NCBI GenBank assembly: GCA_030390025.1
Contig: CM059432.1
Location: 38,566,001-38,630,000, forward strand
Direction of reading: 5' to 3'
Source: Squalus acanthias
Taxonomy: Eukaryota
DNA length: 64,000 nucleotides
In this document: piece by piece, positions 24,962 to 38,460 of the stretch
Layout of the letters: each line of letters begins with the position of its first letter
How positions within the stretch are numbered: the stretch's first letter is position 1
The notes under the pieces: model-generated
The model's input: the letters and a program-made list of their open reading frames with translations, nothing else
The model's database searches: none
Told to the model about the DNA's origin: nothing
Translations under genes and position numbers: made by a program

Positions 24962-26402
24962 ATTTAAAAAAGGTGGTAGAGAGAAAACGGGGAATTATAG
25001 ACCAGTAAGCCGGACATCGGTAGTGGGGAAAATGCTAGAGTCCATTATAAAAGATGTAATAGCAGAGCACTTGGAAAACAGTGACAGGATCGGACAAAGT
25101 CAACATGGATTTACAAAAGGTAAATTATGCTTGACTAATCTACTGGAATTTTTTCAGGATGTAACTGATAGAATAGATAAGGGAGAACCAGTGGATGTGG
25201 TGTATTTGGACTTTCAGAAGGCTTTCGATAAGGTCCCGCATAAGAGATTAGCATTCAAAGTTAAAGCACATGGGATTGGGGGTAAGGTACTGACTTGGAT
25301 AGAGAACTGGTTGGCAGACAGGAAGCAAAGAGTTGGAATAAACGGGTCTTTTTCCGAGTGGCAGGCAGTGACTAGTGGGGTACCGCAGGGATCGGTGCTA
25401 GGACCCCAGCTATTCACAATATATATAAATGATCTAGACGAGGGAACTTGATGTAATATCTCCAAGTTTGCAGACGACACAAAGCTAGGTGCGCGTGTGT
25501 GCTGTGAGGAGGATGCAGAGAAACTCCAGTATGATTTGGACAGGTTGGGTGATTGGGCAGATGCATGGCAGATGCAGTATAATGTGGATAAATGCAAGGT
25601 TATCCACTTTGGTGGCAAAAACAGGAAGACAGATTATTATCTGAACGGCAATAGATTGGGAAAAGGGGAAGTGCAATGAGACTGGGTGTCCTTGTGCACC
25701 AGTCGCTGAAGGTAAGCATGCAGGTGCAGCAGGCGGTTAAGAGGGCAAATGGTATGTTGGCCTTCATAGCGAGAGGATTCGAGTACAGGAGCAAGGATGT
25801 CTTGCTGCAGTTGTACAGGGCCTTGGTGAGACCACACCTTGAGTATTGTGTGCAGTTTTGGTCGCCATATCTGAGGAAGGATGTTCTTGCCATGGAGGGA
25901 GTGCAGCGAAGATTCACCAGACTGATACCTGGGATGGCAGGAATGACGTATGATGAGAGATTGGGTCGATTAGGCTTATAGTCGCTAGAGTTTAGAAGAA
26001 TGAGAGGGGATCTCATTGAAACTTTTAAAATTCTAATAGGACTAGACAGACTAGATACAGGAAGGATGTTCCCGATGGTGGGGCAGTCCAGAACCAGGGG
26101 TCACAGACTCAGGATAGGGGGTAAGCCATTTAGGACTGAGATGAGGAGGGATTTCTTCACCCAGAGAGTGGTGAACCTGTGGAATTCTCTACCACAGAAG
26201 GCAGTTGAGGCCAACTCATTAAATATATTCAAGAAGGAGTTAGATATATTTCTTAAGGCTAAAGGGATCAAGGGATATGGGGAGAAGCAGGGACAGGGTA
26301 CTGAATTTGGATGATCAGCCATGATCTCATTAAATGGTGGAACAGGCTCGAGGGGCCGAATGGCCTACTCCTGCTCCTATCTTCTCTGTTTCTATGTTTC
26401 TA
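24962..26402 (+). mobile_element. 5'-truncated CR1 LINE with stops and frameshifts
   Basis: RT motifs across ORFs 25023-26314; TTTCTATG tail; possible ATGAT TSD. Confidence 0.9.
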
Positions 26403-27192
26403 TGATGTCTGCCACCGCCTGATGTGACAACCTCAGCCTATGGAAGCACTGCTCTTCTGAGAGGTCAAGGAAACTGAGCCTCTGTCTGTAAACCCTGTGA
26501 TGTGGGTAGTATCTCCTGTGACCTTGGCTCCTCTCCTGTGCACCTCTCTCCTGTACACGTGCTGATCCCACCACAGCACTTCGTTGTTGCCGTGGATGGT
26601 GATGGTCTTCCTCTTCTGATGTGCTGTCAAACACATCCAAGGCGCCTCCCATCCGGCTCGTGTCAATTTGAAACCCTCCAAGGTTGAAAAAAGCTGTATC
26701 CACACAAGCACTCTCTGCCAAACGTTTACCAGAGGGAACTGAGACAGTGGCTGCAATAAGTGAGCTTTTATTCAGATGGGACAATAACAAGTTTAAATAC
26801 CCACCTAAGCTACTGCTCAAACCTCCCTCCATTTCCCTGGTCAGTTTCCCGAGCCCCGGGAAACCCGTGCTGCTCAGGTTAAATTTGAAGCCCAGTTAAA
26901 AACAATTTAAAAATACCTCATTAACATCTCCAAAGGATGTTAATTGTGCCAATAAGTGCCCGCCCACATCCAATGATGAAATCCCTGACTTCGGCGAGTA
27001 GGTTTCTCACCGGCATCAAAACCCACCTTCGTGAACTTGGAAGTCAAAAATTTTAACCCTCCCCCCCCCCACCCGTTCCCAGTCCACCTGTTCTTGGGGG
27101 TTAAAATTCCCCCCATGAAGTCAGAAAAGGAACCTTGTAATATCGTTTAACATCCAACAGAACAGGCAGACAAGGCCTCGATTTAACATCTC

Positions 27193-28882
27193 GGCCGGAA
27201 TTTTGCTGGTGCTCAGCGGACGGGATTGGTGGTGGGTCGGCAGTGAAATTTGATTTGATTGACAGCGAGTCGGGAACCCGCTGTCAAATCACACAAACTT
27301 GCCTTTCCCAATGTTGGGTCTGCCAGCGCTGAGCAGACCCGACCGGCAGTGGCGAGGGACCGAATATAAACAATTATTGGCTTGTTGACAAATCCTTTAG
27401 AGTGAATTTAACCTTACCTTTTGACTTTAACAGCTCGCCCACAGCTCCCACGCTGCTCCTGGACCCGGTCTGTTAATCTGAGGCAGAAGTTAAGTGGCCA
27501 TTGAATCAGCTAATGAGTGACAGCTTGAAATGTAGTATAAATGCTCCCACTTCACACCTGTTCACTTTCGAAGCACAGAGGCTGTTGCTTTCTCCCTTTG
27601 GAACACAGATTGAGCTTTATGCAGGCTGCAAGTGTTTGGAGCAAACTCTCCAGCCAGTGTCACCTCATTGCAGCAACCTCTCTCACCATTGACAGATTGC
27701 TTCTGTCATCTCAACTTCAACTGCTCTCTACTCCATCAGCATGGGTACCATTTACACTCTCTCACCTTGGTCCTCAGAATCTGACCAAAATGAGCCCCAA
27801 CACCAGCAGCAACAATAACAACACCAACCTTCTCCGCAATTAACTGATGCTGCACAGGACAGAGGGCATCAGCACCCGAGCACATTGCTGCCCGGGAGGC
27901 CAGGGATGGCCTCACCATGGCCAGATTTACTTCACTTGATGCTGTACACCCTGGCTGTCACATGATGCGCCAAGTTGGCACCACCCTGCACCAACACCAT
28001 AAAGCATCCCTACAATGCCCAACCCATTCCTTTCACATTCATCACCATTGCGGGGCTACCATTATGTCGCACCATTCACTGCAACTCACTAAGCCACTTC
28101 CAAAGGTGCACATAAATCTGTCCAAGAATGCAAAGTGTTGAAAATAAAGGCTTCAATGTTTGACACCACATTAACAGAAACTTGACATGAACATTGCATA
28201 AAACACCCAAGTGCCTACCCTTGTGTGTTGTTAATTGTTATGATTGGACTAGGATGAGGGTGAATGTGAGGGGTGGCTAGTGAGATGGGGATGTGATAAT
28301 ATAGATAGGGAGGGATGGGTGGAGGTCCAAGGTAAGTTGGTGTGAGTAAGGATGTGTAGGAGGAGGGTGGGGATGTGATGAGAGGCACAGCAGGATGAGG
28401 TTGAGTGTGGCTTTGTACTAACGTTTCGTGATCTACTGAGATCATTGAAATGTTTGTGGCACAGCACCCAGGTCCTCCTGACCACATCTCTGCTTGTGAG
28501 CTCCTCTGCAATGTGCAACCAGGCTGTGTTGATCTTCTGGGGAGGTCTCTTCCGCCCATGGGAAGGGAAGAGGAAGGACCTCCCTGCGTGGTGTGGCTCC
28601 TTCCATAAGCATATGAAGGGAGTCATGGGAGAGCCTGGGTGCAGTCATTGTTAGTGTTTACAGCACCTTAATGATCCCTTTAAGAAACTGGCTGATGACG
28701 CATCATCAAATGACGTCACCAGACCCACTTCCTCTAATTGGCTGGGAAACGCGCTGAGCGGGCTTAACAAGCCCAATCAAGCGAAAGTCATTTCAGACAG
28801 CGGGATGGAGCCAGTGGCAGGGCCGCGACCCGCCACCGACGTCGCCCGCCCCGGACCCGCCGAAGTCAGCAAAATCGCGGCC
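27193..28882 (-). mobile_element. Non-autonomous Harbinger derivative (family C) retaining a Myb/SANT exon remnant (28420-28648), inserted in a minus-strand DeuSINE-like SINE
   Basis: TIR GGCCGGAATTTTGCTG / CAGCAAAATCGCGGCC; exact CTC TSD; TAWLHIAEELTSRDVVRRTWVLCHKHFNDL. Confidence 0.8.
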
Positions 28883-29576
28883 CTCGCTTGCAGAATGGCA
28901 CTTCTGATATTGCAGCATTCCCTCCGTACTACAACAGGATGCCAGTGATGCAGTTAAGTATTGGAATGTGTCTTCAACCCATAACCTTCTGGTTGAGAGG
29001 TGAGACTTAGGCAATGTGCTGATGAATATGAAGGTGAGAAAATTGGAGAAAATAGAGTGGTTGCCCCCCCACCACAAAAAAATTAAAGAGTTGTTTTATC
29101 CCTAAATTTAGAAAATAGAAAACAATAAACATGCCTGTAGGGCAAAACGGAATGTAAAGTGCATACAGAAATCCAAACCGTTAAACTCAAACAATCATTC
29201 TAAATTAATACATTAGATGTAAGTATAGAGGTCACTCTATCTACGTGAGTGTACTCATTTAGCCATCTGCTATAGTTGATTCAAAAAGCAAATAAAATAT
29301 TTTTGGGAAATAGTCCAATATAACAAACGTAATCTACTGATGAAAGGACATTAATCTCTCGCCAGCAAAATAAGCAGATAAGCACAAAGGTCACTTCAAA
29401 CTAAACAATACTTGGAAACAGTGTCCCACTCCATAGAAATCTGCCGCTTGTGCTTTACACCACAAGCCTTTTTTGAAACATGGAGGCTTAAAGCCATGCA
29501 GCACCACCGTGTAGTGCAAAAACATTAACACCCGGAATTTCTTTGGGGGTTCTGCCGATAACTATGGGGATATTAC

Positions 29577-29815
29577 ATAGAATTACACCGAATTTACAGC
29601 ACAGAAACAGGCCGTTCGGCCCAACTGGTCTATGTGGTTGATTATGCTCCACACGAGCCTCCTCCACCCTGCTTCATCTAACCATATCAACATCTCCTTC
29701 TTTTCCTTTTTCTCACACGTACTTATCTAGCTTCCCCTTTCACGCATCCATGCTATTCGCTCCAACTGCTCCATGCGTAGTAGTTCCACAGTCTAACCAC
29801 TCTCTGGATAAAGGA
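29577..29815 (-). mobile_element. CR1 3' end fragment
   Basis: IQRVVRLWN and GGGCCGAACGGCCTG tail hairpin. Confidence 0.65.
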
Positions 29816-29849
29816 GTATAAAAGGTATTCTCTGCAGTTGCAATTGAAA

Positions 29850-30060
29850 CTCCACTGGGTTGCCAGGGTAAGAGAGATCTCAAAGTGGCTGGAAATTAAC
29901 TTGGAAAGGGAGGGGGAAGAAGCAGTTGTCGTGATGCATGTTGGAACCAACAACATAGGAAAGAACAGGGAGGAGATCCCGCGAAGAGATAATCAGGAGT
30001 TAGGTACAAATTGAAAATCAGGACCTCGAGGATGATAATCTCCGGATTACTACCAGAGAA
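29850..30060 (+). mobile_element. CR1 ORF1 esterase fragment
   Basis: VVVMHVGTNNIG and IISGLLP motifs. Confidence 0.6.
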
Positions 30061-30667
30061 CAGTAATCTCTGCATTAATACCCAAGGGTCAGTGAAGGGT
30101 GGGGGAGGGCCTGGGTGGAGATAATAGTAACCTAAAAATAAGAAAAAGAGAGCACTCTTTCAAATGGTTTAACTCCCCCACTAAAATAATAGGGAGAGGA
30201 ATGTCATCTGAACACTTTAAGGATTCACAGTCTAAGCAGCGGGGGGGCGGGGGGGGTATACTGGGCGGCCGATCTGATATCGCCCCTTTTACATTTCCGC
30301 CAAAGTTGAAAGTTCCACCCATGATATTTTTGTACAAAAGTACAGCATAATTTCTAAGCTGTTGCACAGATGGATTTGCTGCTGCAATAAAGAGTAAGGC
30401 CAAAAATAAAAAGATTATTTTTGTCATCCTTTGGGTCAGGCTATACTGGAACTCATGGATGCAAATATCTTAACAGTAACCACATACACTTATTGCCAAG
30501 CCAATTAGACTCAATGTTCGGCTCCAACAAATTTTTAACGTGCTGCCAGTGGAATGTTAGACATTTCAATTTGCTGTTGGTTGAAATAATTCAAATGTAT
30601 TGCTTTCATGGCCCACTTGACTGATGTAGGAGTTGTAAAGGATGGACAATCTTGCCACCCCCCAACC

Positions 30668-32183
30668 ATATATATATTAATGACTTAGACGTGGGAGTAC
30701 AGGGCACAATTTCAAACTTTACAGATGACACAAAACTTGGAAGTATAGTGAACAGTGAGGAGGATAGTGATAGTCTTCAAGAAGACATCGACAGGCTGGT
30801 GAAATGGGCGGACACGTGGCAGATTAAATTTAATGCAGAAAAGTGTGAAGTGATACATTTTGGTAGGAAGAACGAGGAGAGGCAATATAAACTAAAGGGT
30901 ACAATTCTAAAGGGGGGGGGGGCGGTGCATGAACAAAGAGACCTGGGGAAATATATGTGCACAAATCGTTGAAGGTGGCAGGGCAGGTTGAGAAAGTGGT
31001 TAAAAAAGCATACGGGATCCTGGACTTCATAAATAGAGGCATAAAGCACAAGGAAGTTATGATGAACCTTTATAAAACACTGGTTCAGCCTCAACTGGAG
31101 TATTGTGTCCAATTCTGGGCACTGCACTTTTGGAAGGATGTGAAGGCCTTAGAGATGGTGCAGAAAAGATTTACAAGATTGGTTCCAGGGATGAGGGACT
31201 TCAGTTACGTGAATAGGCTGAAGAAGCTGGGGTTGTTGTCCTTAGAGCAGAGAAGGTTGAGAGGAGATTTGATAGAGGTGTTCAAAATCATGAGGGATCT
31301 AGACAGAGTAGATAGAGAGAAACTGTTCCCATTGGCGGAAGGGTCGAGAACCAGAGGACACAGATTTAAGGTGATTGGCAGAAGAACCAAAGGCGACATG
31401 AGGGAAAACTTTTTTACGCAGTGAGTGGTTAGGATCTGGAATTCACTGCCTGAAAGGGTGGTGGAGGCAGACTCAATTGTGGATTTTTAAAATTTGTTTA
31501 TGAGATCAGGGCGTCGCTGGCAAGGCCAGCATTTATTGCCCATCCCTAGTTGCCCTTGAGAAGGTGGTGGTGAGCCGCCTTCTTGAACCGCTGCAGTCCG
31601 TGTGGTGATGGTACTCCCACAGTGCTGTTAGGTAGGGCGTTCCAGGATTTTGACCCAGCGACGACGAAGGATCGGTGATATACTTCTAAGTCAGGATGGT
31701 GTGTGACTTGGAGGGGAACTTGGAGGTGGTGGTGTTCCCATGCTCCTGCTGCCCTTGTCCTTCTAGGTGGAAGAGGTCGCGGGTTTGGGAGGTGCTGCCG
31801 AAGAAGCCTTGGCGAGTTGCTGCAGTGCATCTTGTAGATGGTACACACTGCAGCCACGGTACGCCGGTGATGGAGGGAGTGAATGTTTAAGGTGGTGGCA
31901 GGGTGCCAATCAAGCGGGCTGCTTTGTCCTGGATGGTGTCAAGCTTCTTGAGTGTTGTTGGAGCTGCACTCATCCAGGCAAGTGAAGAGTATTCCATCAC
32001 ACTCCTTACTTGTGCCTTGTAGATGGTGGAAATTTCAAAAGGGAATTGGATAAGTACCTGAAAGAAAAAGATTTGCAGGGCTACGGGGAAAGTGTGGGGG
32101 AGTGGGACTAGCTGAAGTGCTCTTGCAGGCTCGACGGGCCGAATGGCCTCCTTCTGTGCTGTAACCATTATATGATTCTATGA
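30668..32183 (+). mobile_element. CR1 RT and 3' end, interrupted by L2-like fragment 31495-32030 (minus)
   Basis: NDLD..FTDDTK, QLEYCVQFW; CR1 resumes TTTCAAAAGGGAATTGG at 32033. Confidence 0.85.
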
Positions 32184-32328
32184 TCCCGGAACCGTCAAGA
32201 TATGCTAGACTTTCTAGCATGTTGGGATAAGTGTGTACCCTCAAAGCGGTCCTAGTGGTATTGGTGCTTGCTCCACAAACTCCACAGGGTCAGTGGTGGA
32301 AGTTTTTTAGCCTCCACGTGTATAAAAT

Positions 32329-33138
32329 GGGGAGCAATTTTCAACTACCAGCTGCCCGTTTCTTGCCTGAAAAATGAGCAACTGGCAGAGGTAAGTGCTT
32401 GTGGGGACCTTGTATATCCATTTGCCCACCTGATTCAAAGGCCTTTAAGTGGGCGCACAGCACTCCCGCCCAAAATAGGCAGGCGGCTGTCTAAATATGC
32501 ACCAGTGGTTGTAGGACCCAGCTTGCAATTTCCATGAAGAAATGGGCAGAGCATGCAAAGTGCATGAGTTCCCCTACTGGCTCCACTGCTATGCCAGAGA
32601 CCATTGCTGGCTCCCAACCGATCAGCCCCCTTCCCTCCCTCCCAGTTGGTCCCTTCCCTTACTCCTGATTGGCCCGCTCCCTCCTGATCACTTCCTCCCT
32701 CTCCCAAACACTTTCCTCCATTTCCCCATCACCCCCCCTCCCCCGGCCAATTAGCTTCACCCCTCTCCCGGATACTCCCCACCTTCCCGATCACTTTCCC
32801 CCTCCCTCAGCACGGAATTGAAATCCTCTTTACCCATGAGAAACCTGGGGATGCCCAGCAGGCATCTGCAGCTCACTGGCCTTATGTAAATGATGGTCCA
32901 AACCCAATATTAGGTGTACCTTTACTAGCCATTCTGGTGTAGAGAACATTCCTTTCACCCTATTCGTGACACAGTTGCCTGCAAGTTAAATCAGTGAGCT
33001 GCCTGGGGATGTGCAGCAGGCGTCCATAGCTCGCGGACCAATTGAAATGAGGCCCGAGGCCCAATATCGAATGGGCCTCGGGCCTATTCCCTGCACCCAG
33101 TTAGCACCGGCAGGCTGGCACTATCCAACTTCATCCCC
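32329..33138. mobile_element. Possible old MITE
   Basis: GGGGA...TCCCC termini with AAT on both sides; internal palindrome 33050-33085. Confidence 0.45.
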
Positions 33139-33563
33139 AATAACTCATTGTTCTCCTGGGCATCCGGCAATCCCCTAGTCCGAACATTGACTTCATTAAC
33201 TTCAGGCTTTAGGTATGGCCACATTTTCAAACCTGATCCTCAGATTTTCCACATTTTCCATCTCTCCTATTCTTTCACATTTACCTCAGACCACTCACTT
33301 CCTTAGCTATTGACATGTTCTTTATTTCTTTAATGCTTCTATTACTTGACTAAGTTGGATCTGTTACATCATTTCACTGATGTTTCCTCTGTGTTTGTTT
33401 GCCTGTTCATGTCTACATACATATACACACACCAAAATAACACTGTGTTGTTCATAGGGTTGAAGAAACGAGATGTAGACATGGTCTAAAAATGATTATG
33501 GAAGGACAAGCCAGTGTAAGTGCTCTGAAAATAAAAATAGTTTGGCACTAGCATGAAAAAAAT

Positions 33564-34539
33564 GGGCAGAATTTGCGATGGGTGTGACGGCATACATGAG
33601 AGAACGCTGTCATACCGCCTTTCAAATGGACAGCAAGTTCAGGATTTCCGTATCCGCTTGCGCATGCGCTAAATCCCAAACTTGCACTCTGTCAAGTTCC
33701 GACTTGACAGACGATCCACACCAACGGGGAAATCCTCATTGCTAGCGCACAGTTGGGCTAATTGCCCAGCAATTACGCACAAAAATTTTACGGCTGATGC
33801 AAACTGGTGAAGGGCCTGTTTGCATCAGCGTAAGGGGATACCTCAAAAGATCCAAAGCATCGTTCGGCATGTTTTAACATTATTTACCTCACATAAAAGT
33901 GAAATTCAAACATTACCACAGATGGAAGCACTTGAGCTTGTTTGAATAATTTGGCCGTGAGCTTCGTAGAATTGCGAAGAGCTTTTTTTGTTAGTTTGTT
34001 TTAGTGTCTGTGTGTTTGCGTTCAATAAAGTTGTCAGAATAAGTATCAGTCTTGCCAAAGGGGGATTAGTAAAACAGTTTATCAATTGTTTCAATTTTGT
34101 TATTTAAAGGACACTCGCAATGCATTGGCTTGCTACCACGACCAGAGGGGGAAAGCAGAAACTTGGCGCTTCCACTGAGTGAGAAATATATTTATTTCTG
34201 AAGTTGTGCTGCTATTACCTGTCGGGAGATGGGAAATTTTGTAAAATCCAGCTGTATTTTAAACAATTATTGTATAGATGTTTATGCACATTTAAATCCC
34301 GGAAGGCTCTAGTAATGAGAGTTTAAATGAGTGAGAGACCTCCTGTTTCCTGATTGGAGCACCGACCCACGTTTCCGCTCATGCTGCGCCCCTGGGATTC
34401 GTGGCCATTGCGCTGCCCTCGAGTACACAGCGTCAAACAGCAAGTTCACGAAGGAGGCTCCCCATCAGGTAAATGCACATTCTATTCGGATGCCGGCGGC
34501 GTTCTCCGTAGTTACACCGCCGACCGCAAAATCCAGGCC
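33564..34539. mobile_element. Probable Harbinger-type MITE
   Basis: GGGCAGAATTTGCG...CGCAAAATCCAGGCC imperfect TIRs; internal TGCGCATGCGC. Confidence 0.5.
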
Positions 34540-36900
34540 AAAGACTACACTCTTTCTTCTGTGTCATACAATTTTACTATTAAAATATAATTCTGGATAT
34601 TCATAATTTTCTGAAACATTTAGCTTGTCTGAAAGTTAACAAAATTGTGGCAATAATATCAGCAAAGATATATAGTGTGACTGTAAAAGGTTGAAAGTTT
34701 TATATTTCTAGCTATTGTACAGATCATCCACTTTTTGTGCTAATGGCTGAAAAGATCTGTATGCTGCAAATGTTGGTGTCAGGAAATGACATTCAAATTG
34801 TGTATAGTTTTTAAAGCAATTTATTCCAAGCTAGTCTACGAAAGGCACACCAGTATCAATTATGTAACTTCACCAGGTTTACTGTGATAACAGCTCCTGT
34901 GTTGCAAGTAAAGGTCAAATCAAGGCAAACAGCTCTGAAGGTTACTCAAAACAAACTTCAGCAAAGAACTGCTGCATTTGTTACTGTTTATAGGATGAAA
35001 ATAAATCTACAGAAACATGGCTGTACCGTGTAATGCAGACAACAGTGACTTGATGCTCTGCTCTGACAATGAACTGATTCAATGAACCATTGCAGTTAGT
35101 CACTGCTAAGTCATGCAGAAAATTCCATGAAATGGCTTCCAAAGTAAACATTAACAAGCTCTATAATAACAAGTCTGCTAATGTATGTCCTCCTTTGAAC
35201 ATCTGTAGTGATTATCTTATTCTAAATACCCAAGCCCAATTTCAAATTACAACCCAAGCCAATCTATCAATGAAATTTGTATTTGTTGAATTATAAAATC
35301 ATCGCTGATGTTTTAAAGTATGTGTGGCAGGGCTTTATATCGTGTGTAATGCCAGAAAAGGGGTCCTGCTGGGATGAAACACTGGCAGCTGCTTTATCCC
35401 AAACAATTACAAAAATCATGTTGATCAATGGAATTGATGTCTTCAGACTCACAAAATACATTTGTGTCCTAATTTCTCCTTCTACAGCAGTGCCATTCAC
35501 AAACCACTAAGTAGCTGGGTCAGGCCGACTGATTTGTACTGAAGACTTCTCCGTGGCTTTTACCTTTGTGTTGCGTTGAGTGCCTTTATTTCTATGGCCA
35601 AGGAAGTGGGGGTGGGGGAAGGTCTATGAGACCAGTCTGGACATTCCTAGCTATATGACATATTGAAGCCATGGATACATAGCAAAATACTTCTCAACTA
35701 ATGAATTTACTATGATTGTCTGTAGTTTGAACTGCAGCAGAAGCACTTTGAAGCTCTTCTCCACGATGATACTCTTACTTGGACAGAAGATGCATCTAGT
35801 TACAACACAATTACAACATTTATTTAGCACCTTTAACATAGAAGAATGTCCACCTACTAAAAGGGGAAGCTTTTTAATAGATCTGGTATTTTATACTTTT
35901 CGAGATCATTATCCTACTAACATAGGATTTACTGGCTTCCAGGTTCCCCAACTCTTTAAATTAAAACAGAAAAAAGCAAAGACAGATTAACATTTCGGGT
36001 GGAGGCCTTAGGCTGAATTTTCCTCAGCACTGGTGAACGTGTAGCATAGCGGGACTTCTAAATTTTCTAATGTCAGCTTCATCTGGATAATTACGGTATT
36101 CCTGACTCCTATTGAGATGTCACGGCAGGGTCGAAAGGCCTGCAGCAGCGAAAAGAGCATCAGGATTCATTTTTGGTTGCAGCATTTAGAACTTGCAAGA
36201 GATAAGTGTCTGAAAGTTCATCTACAGGGCACAAAGCCCCCAAATTTTCAGATGCTTCAATTGAAGTGCTGCTGATGAGGAGAGAGGAACTGTTTGGGAT
36301 GCAGGGGAGAAGGGACTCGCAATAAATGCCACTTGCACAAAACTTAATAACCACATAAAATCGGGCAAGGTAAGGAAGAGTCAGCCACACCATCCAAAAA
36401 TGCCATTTACAACCAACCTTCCTCTCAGTGTGTTGAAGAGCTTCAATTGCTTACTATTAATATCCAGGAGGATTCACAGTACTCTTTACACTCTCAACCT
36501 TCACCTGCAAGTGTTCCTTTACTCACAGCTTGACATGTATGTAGCCCGGTAAAAGCTTCAAATGGTATTCCTGGTTTTTGCACCTCATCATCCTCATTTT
36601 CATTTGCCTGCTGGCATCTAGGTTTAACTCCATCTCGTAATAACCAGAGGGCATTCTCACTTTTTGCATTCTCCTTAAGGTAGATGAATGCAAGGGAGAG
36701 ATTGGCAATAGGTGGTGACCCGAACCTTAAGGATCTCAAGGGTGCTCCCTCACTGATATGCCTGACTCTAAACAGCAAGTGATTTCACTTGGATTGACTG
36801 CCATTTGCACACAGAATTATAGGCCTCAATGAAGACCCTTGAATGGCAAGCATGCTTGTCAGTGCACTTACCGCTGGCCGTACAGTTGACAGAACAGTTA

Positions 36901-37212
36901 ACACGGTGGCATAGTGGCTAGCACTGTTGCCTCACAGCGCCAGGGACCCGGGTTCGAATCCGGCCCCGGGTGACTGTCTGTGTGGAGTTTGCACATTCTC
37001 CCCGTGTCTGCGTGGGTTTTCTCCGGGTGCTCCGGTTTCCTCCCACAGTCCAAAGATGTGCGAGTTAGGTTGATTTGGCTATGATAAATTGACCCTTAGT
37101 GTTAGGGGGATTAAATACGTGGGGTTACGGGGATAGGGTGGGATATGTGTCGGTGCAGACTCGATGGGCCGAAATGGCCTCTATCTGCATTGTGGGGATT
37201 CTGTGATTCTGT
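36901..37212 (+). mobile_element. tRNA-derived V-SINE (HE1-like)
   Basis: Inverted near-copy of 7228-7524, with ATTCTGTG tail repeats. Confidence 0.85.
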
Positions 37213-37361
37213 GAACTGGTAGGACTTTGGGTGAGCTCCACATCCCACCAGTGCCGCCTCCTTAAGTAAGAGCACAATGGAGGATAGGTGAAAGAAACAC
37301 TCCCTCTCTCTCTCTCTCTCACACAAACACATACTCTCTCACACACACTCTCTCACACAAA

Positions 37362-38020
37362 GGGCTGGATTTTCATTGACACGTGGAGGCGGGTTTGGAG
37401 GCGTGTGGGGTGTTAAAATTGTGAAAAGTGGCGGGCGGGCACAAGTCCGCCTCCATCCCGCCTCCACGCAATTTTCATGAAATCGTGTCTGCTGGTCCCG
37501 ACTGCGTCCCGCCTTTAAGAGACGGGATAGGCTGTTAAGGCCCTTAACAAGCACTAAATTGGCTCTATAATGCAATTTTGAAAGGCCTTTGTGATTTTAA
37601 CCCTTGTTCTACGTGAAGCACGCCTGTTCTGAACCACGATTGTGAAACCTGGCGGGAGCACATTTGGCTGGATCCATCTCTCTCTCTCTCTCTCTCTCTG
37701 TGTGTCTCTCTCTCTGAGTGGTGGTGTAAAAATATGTGGGAGCAGACTTAGGGCTGCTGCTGCTCATTTTGCATCCAGGTCCTCTCACAGCAAAGGCCAG
37801 GCAGTCTCTGAAGACCTTCAATGCAGCAGCAATGATGACATCATCAGAGGCGACTTTCAGACTGAAAACACTAATTGGGTCATGGGTTCCCACATGCTGG
37901 AACTCAATTGCCCAATTAGGTGAAAATTGTATCAATCTCCCACATCCAATTGCAGTCGGGTGGATAACACGAAAAGTGGATGACACGACCCCAACCCACC
38001 CCAGTATCAAAATCCAGCCC
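37362..38020. mobile_element. MITE inserted in a microsatellite
   Basis: Perfect 12-bp TIR GGGCTGGATTTT; AAA TSD. Confidence 0.8.
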
Positions 38021-38023
38021 AAA

Positions 38024-38460
38024 CTCTCTCACACACACTCCCACACACACACTCCCACACACACACTCTCCCTCATACACACACTCCCTCACACACACTC
38101 CCTCACACACACTCCCACACACACACTCCCACACACACACTCCCTCACACACTCTCCCTCACACACTCTCTCTCACACACTCTCCCTCATACACACACTC
38201 TCTCACACACTCTCTCTCACACACACTCCCACACACACTCCCTCACACACTCACTCCCATACACACACTCCCACACACACACTCCCACACACACTCTCCC
38301 ACACACACACTCCCACACACACTCTCCCTCACACACTCTCTCTCACACACTCTCCCTCATACACACACTCTCCCACACACTCACTCCCACACACACTCCC
38401 ACACACACACTCCCACACACACTCCCTCACACACTCCCTCACACACTCTCCCACACACAA
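38024..38460. repeat. Compound (CA)n/(CT)n simple repeat (begins at 37300-37360, split by the MITE)
   Basis: CACACACTCC-type low-complexity array. Confidence 0.95.

Larger units (their letters stand above)
20897..27113. mobile_element. Decayed Harbinger (Myb remnant + at 21180-21420; transposase 5' remnant - at 26405-26660), broken by later insertions
   Basis: RAAPRFNEASLELL...RRRRDILFP...W.QCRKQYND; YRQRLSFLDLSEEQCFHRLRLS resembles YREQLSYIHMSEELCLRRLRFS of the intact transposase; TIR-like AAAATTCCCCC at 27113; left boundary uncertain. Confidence 0.6.

Noticed and set aside
30089..30427. ORF with a signal-peptide-like N-terminus
   Set aside because: No recognisable domain or exon structure; runs into probable repeat-derived sequence.
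36130..36780. Possible ancient transposase remnant (VVIKFCASG) or host exon
   Set aside because: Similarity too weak to support without a profile search.
36903..36965. tRNA gene
   Set aside because: The A/B boxes belong to a SINE head that continues into a V-domain and LINE-like tail.
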